The notes beneath the pieces were generated by a model. That model had not been told where the DNA came from and did no database searches. It saw nothing but the letters and a program-made list of their open reading frames with translations. From assembly GCA_964016885.1 (NCBI GenBank), contig OZ024742.1, positions 159,898,001 through 159,962,000 of the forward strand: a stretch of 64,000 nucleotides of DNA. Direction: 5' to 3'. Both the position numbers and the translations under genes were made by a program. Positions 1 to 12,220 of the stretch are shown here, piece by piece (position 1 is the first letter of the stretch; every line of letters starts with the position of its first letter). The stretch is from Eledone cirrhosa. Taxonomy: Eukaryota.

Positions 1-757
1 AACGTCTTCACGAACCAAAATATCGTCTTCCTGTTTTCCTTCGGCTGCAACGTTTCTCGAAATATTTAATTCTGCGTTCACAGATTGAATTTTTTAGTTT
101 AAGAAGATCCCGTTAATGTTGAAAGCAGCGATTCTTTGCTTAAACTTTCTTTCTTTCTCAACCCCTCTCCCTTTTTTTCTCATACTCCTTCTCTCTCTCA
201 CTCATACCCCCTCTCCCTCTCTCTCTTCCTCTACAGAATAGAGAACAATAAAGAACGCGCTGATCTCTCTTTCTCTCTCTCTGTCTTTATATATATATGT
301 GTGTTTGCGTGTGTGTGTGTGTGTGTGTGTGAACCAGCGTTCCTCGCCATTCTCTGTCTCTCTATCTGATTATCTTGTATCTCTCTCTGTATAACGATCT
401 ATCTCACTCTCTCTCTCTACATCTCCCTTTCTCTCTTTAGATGTATATGTGTGTGATATATATATATATAGAGAGAGAGAGAGTTGCAACATGTATGTCG
501 TTTCATAGATTTTTTTAGGGTAGTAGTGAGAGGAATTAAGCGTGTAAGAGAGAGGGTTACAGCATGTATTTAGTTTTATCGATTTCTTTTCATTGAAGCA
601 GGAAAGTTTTGGCAAAGTTTATTACACATTGACCAGCCTAGGTAAATTTGGAGCACATTGGGAAAAAAATCATCAAAATCGGTAGAGAAATGTGGAAATG
701 CATAAAAATCATACACACACACACAGACAGACATCTTCCGTTTTATATATATATATA
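1..757 (-). mobile_element. 5' part of a non-autonomous Helitron-like element
   Basis: The minus strand starts TATATATAAAACGGAAGATGTCTGTCTGTGTGTG, the same 5' motif as the complete element at 31734-32340 and the start at 2381. Confidence 0.5.
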
Positions 758-794
758 CTAGCAGAAAACCACCCGGTGGGTGGTTTTCTGCTAG
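758..794. other. Near-perfect palindrome with CTAG at both ends (Helitron 3'-terminator-like)
   Basis: CTAGCAGAAAACCACCC-GGT-GGGTGGTTTTCTGCTAG; a second copy lies at 2344-2380. Confidence 0.7.
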
Positions 795-805
795 TATATA
801 TATAT

Positions 806-1045
806 ATATTACACACACAGAAATGTATATATATTTCTGTGTGCATATATATATATATTACACACACAGAAATGTATATATATTTCTGTGTGTATATATA
901 TATATATATATTACACACACAGAAATGTATATATATTTCTGTGTGTATATATATATATATATATTACACACACAGAAATGTATATATACTTCTGTGTGTG
1001 TATATATATATATATTACACACAGAAATGTATATATGTTTCTGTA
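806..1045. repeat. Minisatellite, about 5 copies of a ~46-50 bp internally palindromic unit
   Basis: The unit TTACACACACAGAAATGTATATATATTTCTGTGTGTATATA is repeated; ACACAGAAAT/ATTTCTGTGT form a stem. Confidence 0.85.
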
Positions 1046-2119
1046 GCACTCCTCAATTCCCCCCTCTCTCCCTCCCGCTATCCCCCTCTTGTAGTCTGTC
1101 TCTTTCTTTCACGCTCACTCTCTATCTACGCGTGCGCAAAAAACATTCGCACGCGCGCACGTGTTTTAGCGTCTATTCACTCTCTCTCCCTCTCTCCCTC
1201 CCGCTATCCCCCTCTCGTAGTCTTCTCTTTCTTTCACTCTCACTCTCTCTCTACGCGTGCGCAAAAAACATTCGCACGCGCACACGTGTTTCCACTGTCG
1301 GACAGACAGACAGAGAAATTGCTGGTTACATATTATAAGGAGATTACATATACATATGTAACTATGTATATCATCATCATCATCCCCATTATATATATAT
1401 ATATAATATGGGCCGAAGCCGAAAAAAATTTTGTTTGGCAGCTCTAATTGCGCCTTAATTTTATTCAAAAAATTGTATACTAACATATTCGAATACCAGG
1501 CACTATTGGAATCAACAATAGCAGCGTCCTGAGGGTCATTACAAAACACAAATTCGCGAGAATTAGTGTTTAAGGCTTGGAAGGTGGTAAAAAAATCCAC
1601 AAAATCTTCCATTCTTTAAAAAAAATAATTTATTTTTAATAATATTTAAATAACTGGCGGTTAGAAAAAAATAATCCTATGAAATTTTAATCATACCATT
1701 AGGTGTGAATAAGGAAATATTTTTTTATTGTCAAAACAAATGTTCAAAAGTTAAACTTCAATTTTTTGAATTATTTCCAATTTTTTCATGAAATTGAACA
1801 CTGGACATGGGCTGCTGGAAATGGAAATTAAATCGTATTTAAATTTCTAACCTTATTTTATTATTTATATTTTTTCAATAAGAAATAAAAAAAAACAACA
1901 AAAAAAATTGAAGAAAAAAATTGAACAAATCAAACGTAGGTTATGGAACTGCGCAATCTGATTAATAAATTACCTCATCAGCAGCAACCTTTTTCAAATG
2001 GTCCTTATTATCAGCAGCAACAACCACAAATTCAATGGCATCCTTCAAAGCATGGTGTCAAGTCAGAACCGCCTCGAACTGGTTACTTCTGGCTTGTGCA
2101 AGGTGTCTCTATAGCAACC

Positions 2120-2897
2120 AGCGATTCCCTCGGCCTCAGTGACCAAAGTCAGTGGAGAGGGGAAGGTAATATTTCTGTAGCACGTGTTTTAGCGTCTATT
2201 CACTCTCTCTCTCTCCCTCTCTCCCTCCCGCTATCCCCCTCTCGTAGTCTGTCTCTTTCTTTCACTCTCACTCTCTCTCTACGCACGTGTTTCCACTGTC
2301 GGGCAGACAGACAGAGAAATTGCTGGTTATATATATAAGTAGACTAGCAGAAAACCACCGGTGGGGCGGTTTTCTGCTAGTCTATATATCTAAAACAGAG
2401 AATGTCTGTCTGTCTGTCAGCTCACTAAAACTTGAGAACCATCCAACCGATTGTTTTCAAACTTTAGACATGTAATACTTATGGTCCTGTGAGTGTTTTG
2501 AGCAAAAATTATTTCAAATTTTCAATGCCCTAGGGACCGCATTAGGCGATTTAGCGTTCTCTCTATATAATTCATAGTCTTTCTTTTTAGATAAATACAT
2601 AGATATAATGTTGCGCCCTTATAATATCTGTCTGTATGTCTGGCTGTCTGCATTACGTCATTATGACGCGCTCAGCGCGATTTCCTCGGCCTTAGTGATC
2701 AAAGTTAGTGGAGAGGGGAAGGTAATGTTTCTGTAGCACGTGTTTTAGCGTCTATTCACTCTCTCTCTCCCTCTCTCCCTCCCGCTATCCCCCTCTCGTA
2801 GTCTGTCTCTTTCTTTCACTCTCACTCTCGCTCTAAGCACGTGTTTCCACTATCGGACAGACAGACAGAGAAATTGCTGGTTATATATATAAGTAGA
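2120..2897 (+). mobile_element. Tandem Helitron-like units (3' CTAG end at 2380 joined directly to a new TC 5' start)
   Basis: ~220 bp direct repeat at 2120-2340 and 2677-2897, partly also at 1040-1335. The junction reads ...CTGCTAG|TCTATATATCTAAAACAGAGAATGTCTGTCTG. Confidence 0.55.
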
Positions 2898-2914
2898 TAA
2901 CGTTAAATCATTGG

Positions 2915-3097
2915 ATTGGCAGTATCGATAGAGAGTCGGACGCCATGCTTTGCAGCAAAGAGTTACGGCTCTTTATGATCTGAGTTCAAATCCCGCCGAG
3001 GTTAACTTTGCCTTTCATCCTTATGGGGTCGATAAAATAAAGTACCAGTAATACCCTGGGATAATTGCTGACCTTGTGCCAAAAGTAGAAACAATTA
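2915..3097 (+). mobile_element. SINE family A (~180 bp)
   Basis: Contains B-box-like GAGTTCAAATCC followed by CCGAGGTTAACTTTGCCTTTCATCCTT..GGGGTCGATAAAATAAAGTACC; at least 7 copies in the window. Confidence 0.8.
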
Positions 3098-3751
3098 TTT
3101 TAGTAAAGAAATAATTAATAAATGATTTACCGAGCCTCCTATAAAGTTGCAGATCATAGGAAGTGTTTTGAGCTTTTTAATGACAAGGAGCCTGGTCCTA
3201 TCAAGTCACCATTTTTCAATTGACAATCAACAGTATTTGAACTCAGAATGCAAAGTGCCACATAATAAGTTTAGTATATTCAAGAATGAGATATGGATTT
3301 AATAAAAGAAACTTAGATGTTTATCTAAAGGTGAAAGAAAACACTTAACCAGGATTGAATAAACCAAGCATATAAAATAGGTTTGATTGTGTACAGAGAT
3401 GAAATCAGACAACGACTAATTCAAAGATGATTTCAAGCAATTCAAAGTTCAATTATAAAAATGTAATCACGTGATTTGCTTAAAAAGGAAAGAAGCAGGC
3501 AAAAACAATGAAGAATAAAGGGGAAAAATATCTTCACAAAACTAACATAGCAAGGAAGAACAATAAATGTAATAACAAAAGTTGAACTAGTGGGGAAAGA
3601 TGATGATGTTCACCATCATCAAGATCACCATCACCAACATCATCATCAATGTTACCAATGTTCTTGTTTTATTGACTGATCGCATGACAAGTTAGTAAAA
3701 GCAGAACCCACATAGAATGAGGAATGGGAAAATGGATGTTAAATGATGATG

Positions 3752-3827
<76 letters not shown>

Positions 3828-4164
3828 GGTGGCTGCCAACTCGTTTTCGAGTACGGCCACTACTTTATATCCATGTAGGAGAACCCCTACCAATGCGCTG
3901 AACGAGTGTGACTTTTTAGTCCAGCCAGCGACTTGAAAACTCTGGTACAAACACTACACCTGTGACAATTATTGACACATAGTGCTGGGCCCATGGTACC
4001 ATGTGACGACAAGTGCAGAGAGATCTCCAGATATAAAGCAATGCCTGTACTGTGAAGCTTTTATAGTGAGCAAAGGCACTGCACAAAGCCAGTCCCACTC
4101 TCTTAACCAAGATGATATTTACCAAAAAGAAGAACAATTCAACATCATTGGATACCATCAGGGT

Positions 4165-4437
4165 TGCAGGTGTTATATCAGAGTTTTCCTTCTCCTAGAA
4201 TTCTGCCTTGACAAAGGCTAAGGGGTCATCCCACCCGGTGATTTGGGATGGCTATTGACTCTTAAGAGCCACTTTGCCTTTTGACAGGTTTTGTTTTTAG
4301 TCCTGCAGGATGTCCAAAGTCACCCTCCTCACCAAGAAACCTTGGTGGGGTTGCCAGTTTAGTCGCCAACGACCCGACGATGAGACAGATTGTACTGGGA
4401 TACATGTTACCAGTAGCACCAACTGGTGACCTGACAT
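4165..4437 (-). mobile_element. Interspersed repeat, probably a LINE 5' region; related copy at 56070-56372
   Basis: Shared blocks CCTTCTCCTAGAA...GACAAAGGCTA and GGTGGGGTTGCC.GTTTAGTCGCC...CATGTTACCAGTAGCAC. Confidence 0.55.
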
Positions 4438-4460
4438 ACATACATACATACATACATACA

Positions 4461-4609
<149 letters not shown>

Positions 4610-4623
4610 AACATTATTCTTGT

Positions 4624-4803
4624 GATTGGCAGTATCGGTAGAGGGTAGGACACCATGCTTTGACGCATAGTTACGGCTCTTTCCATACTGAGTTCAAATC
4701 CCGCCGAGGTTAACTTTGCCTTTCATCCTTACGGGGTCGATAAAATAAAGTACCTGTAATGTACTTGGTAATTGCTGGCTTTGTGCCAAAAGTAGAAACA
4801 ATT
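4624..4803 (+). mobile_element. SINE family A copy
   Basis: High identity to 2915-3097. Confidence 0.8.
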
Positions 4804-4944
4804 ATTCTTATATACAAGACAAAATCCGTTCTGTACAAACAAGACATGGCCACCTGACCTGGCATGCTTATAACTTGTCTAATCCATACCATCATGGAAA
4901 AATGAATGTTAAACGGTGATGATGATACATATATATATATACAA

Positions 4945-4989
<45 letters not shown>

Positions 4990-4992
<3 letters not shown>

Positions 4993-5430
4993 TCATCATC
5001 ATCATCACTGTTTTACGTCCGTTCTTCCACGCTAGCATGGGTTAGACGGGTTATCCTGTTGTGGGCAGTGTCTGGTCGGCTGACCTTGTCTTGCTCATAC
5101 GGGAACTGATTCTAGCTTGATTTCTACAGCTGGATACCCTTCCTAACACCAACCTCATTTACAGTGAGTGCTGGGTGCTTTTTTTCCGTGGCACCTACAC
5201 GTCTACTTTACAGTGTGGGATGGGTGCTTTTTTGCTGTGGCACCTCCACGACCACTTCACAGTGGAATGATAGGGACTGCAGTCCCTATCATCTCATTTC
5301 TACAGCTGCGTAAACCGGAGCAATGTGAAATAAAGTGTCTTGCTCAAGGAAACAACACATCACCCGGTCTGAGAATTGAACTAAAAAACTTTTTGATTGC
5401 AAGCCCAATGCTCTAACCACTGAGCCATGC
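4990..5430 (-). mobile_element. SINE family B: tRNA-like head, CORE-like domain and RTE-type (GAT)n tail
   Basis: Minus strand reads GGCTCAGTGGTTAGAGCATTGG (A box), then CCTTGAGCAAGACACTTTATTTCACATTGCTCC (CORE-like), then CCATGCTAGCGTGGAAG..GGACGTAAAA..GATGATGAT. Confidence 0.75.
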
Positions 5431-5681
5431 GTGTATATATGTATATATATATATACATATATATAGACTCTCATAACTGATAGTCCTCAGCTAAATATGT
5501 ATAGTGGAGTTTTAATTAAAACTGAATCAACTGGATAAGGTCTCTGATCTTTTATTCATATATAATGCTCTGTCTTCCATCATTTATACAGGTCATTGAC
5601 CGCTTCTTTTTATTTGCTTCACATCCGACAGACCATAATCTGGTCCGCACATGCCTGTTCGGTTAACCTCATACTCTCCCC

Positions 5682-5739
<58 letters not shown>

Positions 5740-5783
5740 ATACCTATATATATATATATATATATGTATATAATAATAATAAT

Positions 5784-5970
5784 AATTGTTTCTACTTTAG
5801 GCACAAGGCCAGCAATTACCCACTGCATTACTGGTACTTTATTTTATCGACCCCGTAAGGATGAAAGGCAAAGTCAATCTCGGCGGGATTTGAACTCAGA
5901 TCGTAAAGGGGCGTAACTATGCTGGAAAGCATGGCGTCCGACCCTCTACCGATACTGCCAATTCACCGCC
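5784..5970 (-). mobile_element. SINE family A copy
   Basis: Reverse complement of 2915-3097. Confidence 0.8.
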
Positions 5971-6139
5971 CTCTATTACATAATGCTATATATTTATACT
6001 TGATTTTAAATACACTGTATTTTACTAAAATACATTAAAGGTCTCTTTAGATTGTTATCTATTCATTACTGGACAAGATATATGTTATGGAAAATTGCAT
6101 AGCTGTTTATATGTCCAAATAGATATATCATTTGTGTAA

Positions 6140-6320
6140 TAATTGTTTCTACTTTTGGCACAAGGCCAGCAATTACCCAGTGCATTACTAGTACTTTATT
6201 TTATCGACCCCGTAAGGATGAAAGGCAAAGTTAACCTCGGCGGGATTTTAACTCAGAATGGCAAGGGCCGTAACTCTATGCGTTAAAGCATGGCGTTCGA
6301 CCCTCTACCGATACTGCCAG
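6140..6320 (-). mobile_element. SINE family A copy
   Basis: Reverse complement of 2915-3097. Confidence 0.8.
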
Positions 6321-6789
6321 GTAATAATATACATTATTGTTTTAAAAGTTAATCCTTTATATACAATACTATTACATTATATATTTAATTATAAATGTAT
6401 ATATTCTTTATTAATTATATTGGGTTAAAGGTAGATCCTTATATACATGTTATTAATTTAAATATTTAATTATATAATTATAAATGTATATATAGTTTAT
6501 TATTACATATTATATTAACTGTCTCTACATATTAAATATCCATTACTGTATATAATATAATTAAGCTATAGTAGTTATATCAAAAAGTGGTAACTTTATG
6601 TTTAATTCTAACAGTTATTGCAGAGTATAGGGTTAGAGATAAATAGGAGTTGTGTAGGGGAAAGAGCTGATCAAAGAGTGTGTAGCTGTGGGGGCTGATA
6701 AGTCCTAGATGTGAAGTGTTAATGGTGGTGGGGAATTCAAATCTGACATTGTTATATACTAACAGCTAGGTTTAAAGTTATGGAACGAG

Positions 6790-7990
6790 TGACGGTATCG
6801 GTGTTGGCACGAGGAAAATGTCTCTGACTTTCTATTAAGGAGGTCTAGTTTCGAAAAGATTATAGTATGGGTCTCTAGAAGACAGAGATTACACAATTTA
6901 TTCGGTGGTTTATACGATGAGGCCCTACCTACTACTTCCCATTGCAGTCTAAATGGTCTATTCCTAGTTTTCAGAGAGTGTCCGTAGCTAGATAAAGAAG
7001 TGGAGTTGGCTAGATTGTGTTTTTTGAAAGAGTGGAGGTGCGAGTTGTATCGCGTCTTGAAGTTGTTCGAAGTAGGGCCGATATATGTTTTAGAAGAGTT
7101 GTTTGCGTTGACGGTGCATGAGTAGATGATGTCTTTGGTTAAGCAATTATTACCTAAGAGGCAAGTTCTATTAGTTCTACAGTTACATTTATTCTGGGTG
7201 TTAGCTTGCCGGTTGCTATGTTGTGAAGAATTCTGGTTGCTAGGGATAGCACTAGGGTAATGATATCTGTCATTCGTATTGTTATTGATTTCATTAGTGC
7301 TATTATCATTATTACTATTATTACTACTATGGTTTACAGGTACTAAGTTTACCTCCTGTTGTGTTTTAATTAGTTGGAAATAATTATTAATCTTCCTTTG
7401 TTAGGTGTGGTGGAGTACGAGATTTTAATGGTATTTTTATTGATAAGATTATGGTACTTGTGGCCGGAAGGGAAGTTTTTTTCTAAGATTGAGAAGAAAG
7501 CCTTAGGCAAGTTGATAGAGACGTTTAGATTAAAAAGGGGATTGAAGAATGTATTAGTTCTTCTATTTTTGTTTTTAGTAATGTTTTTTTAGGTATTTGT
7601 ATCCCTGTTTATATTATTATCTTGGTGTTTACTTTGGTGCGAGTTAAGTTTGGTATTACCCTTCGTCTTAGAGTTATAGTGGCTAGTGCTTTTATTATTT
7701 TTTCTCATAGCCATATTATGAGAAATAATGTTGTAACTATGTGATTTTATAGGTAGGAATTCAATCCCATTCTTATGTCCTGATTTAGCTAAGGTCTCAT
7801 TATAGTAGTGTGAATTATTGTTAAATATGGTTTCATTATATGATAGATTAGAGATTCTATTAGATATTCCTTTAGTAATAGAGTTTAATATGGATTTAGG
7901 GTGGCTAGAGTTGGTATTCACCTTTTGCCTAGACTCTAAAATATACACACCCTTTCATAAACCTAACGAAAAACTAATTTATGTGAATAC
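6790..7990 (-). pseudogene. Decayed Penelope-like element (RT C-terminus plus GIY-YIG), 5'-truncated
   Basis: ORF 7589-7948 (NSSHPKSI..ISNRISNLS.NE.IF..YYN..L.KSG) parallels the PLE ORF at 16757. Further along the minus strand the reading gives CNC..CL.GNNC..KDIIYSC...TYIGPT...FKTRYN.H. Confidence 0.8.
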
Positions 7991-8464
7991 CATATATATA
8001 TATACATATCATCATCATTATTTCACGTCCATTTTCCACGCTAGCATGAGTTTGATAGCTTTGTTCCACGACCACTGTACAGTGTGGACTGGGCACTTTT
8101 TATTGTGACTCCTACATGACCACTCTTCAGTATGGGCTGATATATATATATGAAAAATAGTCTACAATGCAGATAATTAAATCTCCAGATTTAGGTGGCA
8201 GGATAAAGAAGAAGAGAAATTTAATAAGGCAAAATGAAAATCAGAGATTAAGTTACCAGCAGAAATATAGAAACCAATAAATCTATTTCAAGCTAACTTC
8301 ATCTCTAGTTTTCCTTTCATTTTACATTTCTTTTTCCTCTTTCTTCCGACTGACACCTGATTTTATTATCCAGAGATTAAACCATCTGCATTGTAGAGGC
8401 TTCCTGAACGACCATTTTCATATTCCACAATGCTTCCAGCACACCTCAAACTCCCATATATATC

Positions 8465-9690
<1,226 letters not shown>

Positions 9691-9702
9691 GGTAATGGTA
9701 TA

Positions 9703-9890
9703 TAGGAAAAAATATGACCCCGACGGCAGAGCTCAAGCCGTTTCGACGGCTATTTCAGAAATAGCCGTCGAAACGGCTTGAGCTCTGCCGTCGAGGTCAT
9801 ACTTTTTCCTATTTCCCACTCTACTACCCTAAGTGTTGAGTACTCTGGTGCGTTATGGTCCATCTGGTTCCTTACCACAATTCCTTTGTT
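9703..9890 (+). mobile_element. Miniature fold-back PLE terminus (~54 bp hairpin arms plus ~75 bp tail)
   Basis: TAGGAAAAAATATGACCCCGACGGCAGAGCTCAAGCCGTTTCGACGGCTATTTC is followed by its reverse complement; homologous to the 3' end of the PLE at 19185-19255. Confidence 0.8.
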
Positions 9891-9970
9891 ATATATGAAT
9901 ATATATATATATATACATATACACACATATTTATATATATACATATTCATATATACATATTTATATATAC

Positions 9971-10044
<74 letters not shown>

Positions 10045-10139
10045 GTAGAACACTGGAGGGTAATATCCGTAGTAGTAGAGCACTCAGTCCATGGGACGAG
10101 TTTGGTAGAAGTAGTTCCACAACAGTTAGTTCACCATAT

Positions 10140-10174
10140 CGAGAATGTTTCACCTTATGCGGATCATCAGCTCG
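10140..10174 (-). ncRNA. Decayed minimal hammerhead motif (family shared with 49988-50070)
   Basis: CGAG-CTGATGA-TCC gcataa GGT-GAAA-CATT-CTCG; stem III is too short. Confidence 0.5.
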
Positions 10175-10196
10175 GTCTCATATATATGTATACATG

Positions 10197-10255
<59 letters not shown>

Positions 10256-10269
10256 ACACACACACACAT

Positions 10270-10369
<100 letters not shown>

Positions 10370-10785
10370 CTCTTGCTAGCAGGGAAAGCGGATGTTAAAA
10401 CAACATATAATGAGGGTTTAGATTGATACAATGCTAAAGGCATCAAAGCCATCGCATTCATTCTGACCTTGTTTCCTTGAGAACTGCTCAATGACAACAT
10501 GTGTGATGAGAATTTATTTCAGAGCAAATCCGAAGCAACACCTGAATAGAACATATCAGGTTGATATCAGTCAAAGAAATATAATAATTCTAACAATTTA
10601 ACAAAAAAAAAAGTTTAAAAACTTACATTTCAGGACCTGGACTATAATGGTGAGATTCACTAACTACAAGTATTAGAAATTGTTAATTAACAAATTAGGT
10701 CTTGTCAACAGGTCATCCTAATAATAGCCAACAATTCTCTTCATGTTTAAATAGAGGTGAAGCATAACTGGCTTCATCATCATTT

Positions 10786-10970
10786 AATTGTTTCTACTTT
10801 AGGCACAAGGCCAGCAATTATCCCAGTGTATTACTGGAATTTATTTTATCGACCCCGTAAGGATGAAAGGCAAAGTTAACCTCGGCAGGATTTGAACTCA
10901 GACCATAAAGGTCCGTAACTCTTTGCTGCAAAGCATGGCGTCCGACCCTCTACCGATACTGTCAATCCAC
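10786..10970 (-). mobile_element. SINE family A copy
   Basis: Reverse complement of 2915-3097. Confidence 0.8.
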
Positions 10971-11764
10971 CACCCTTGGCTTCATCATCATTTAATGTCC
11001 GCTTTCCCTGCTGGCAAGGGTTGGACAGGTCTACATACACCAAGTCAGTACTGAAGCGAAGCTACTGATCTCCCAGACAGGCCAGGGAGTCTGTATCCCA
11101 CTTACATATTGTGTGTGCGTGTATGTGTATATTTGTGTGTGTATGTGAGTGTCTGCGTGTGTATGTATGTGTGTGCGTGCGTATGTGTGAGTGCATGTAT
11201 GTGTATGTTTGTGTGTGTGTGTGTGTATATATATGTGTGTGTGTGTATATATATGTGTGTATGTATATATGTGTGTGTATGTATGTGAGTGTGCATGTGT
11301 ACACATGTATTAGTATTGTATGCATATAGTATGCATGTGGCAAAGGTACAGCAGTAATTCGTATGAGAAATGGCCACACACGGCTGAACACTTAACTGAG
11401 ATGAGAACGAGTCTGTCTGATGAACGCTTTGTTTTATTGCAGAGATGTCTCTGACATGTGCAATGGTGAGCAGTGTTTCATTGCTTTAGGTTTTGCCTTT
11501 TTATTCTTCAAATATTTACTGATCACTTCTTTGATTGATATATTGATCTTATTCATAACACTATATTATTGATTTGCTGTCCCAAAAACAAAACAAAAAA
11601 TAGAGAAATAGATAAAGAATACAAAGGAGAAAAAGAAGAAATATAGTTTGATATTCATGTTTCTTTCATTTCTTTATCTCAATAGCTAAAACTCTCAAGT
11701 GTCATTTTGTTTAGTACTGGTGAGGGCATGTAGACACATACATACACACACATATATATATATG

Positions 11765-12215
11765 TTTAAGACTGGCTGGAACTTCTCTATGCTGACGATC
11801 TGGTTCTTATAGCAGAATCAGTAGAGGAGCTAGAGAATAAATCTGGCTATGGAAACAGCAGTTGGAATCAAGAGGACTGAGAGTGAACCAAGCTAAGACA
11901 AAAGTGTTGATGAGTAAAAAAGAGGACAAAACTCTGATTCCATCAGGGAAATGGCCATGTTCGATATGCAGAAAAGGAATTGGCATACATTCTATAAAAT
12001 GCACACAATGCAGATCTTGGGTACACAAGAGATGTAGTGGGATAGCAGGCAAACTAACAGGTAGGGAGAAATACGTATGCAGTAGATGTACAGGGAAATT
12101 AAACAGTAGAAGTCGCATTGATAGACACATTTTTGAAATGCAGGTGGCTGCTATAGAAGTGGTTGATAGCTTCCGGTACCTAGGAGATCAGATTAGCATG
12201 GGAGGCTGGGGGTTC
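11765..12215 (+). pseudogene. RTE-clade LINE RT fragment (left part) with a Cys-rich PHD-like insert
   Basis: ELLYADDLVLIAES, GLRVNQAKTKV, WPCSICRKG..IKCTQCRSWVHKRC..YVCSRC, FRYLG. Confidence 0.85.
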
Positions 12216-12220
12216 TTTTT

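Noticed and set aside
692-1447. Long ORFs rich in YI/HT/CV dipeptides (also near 9778, 19846, 32756 and 60346)
   Set aside because: They are translations of (TA)n/(CA)n microsatellites.
11410-11460. CTGATGA followed by a weak stem and GAGA
   Set aside because: There is no GAAA and no consistent stems I and III, so it was not counted as a hammerhead.
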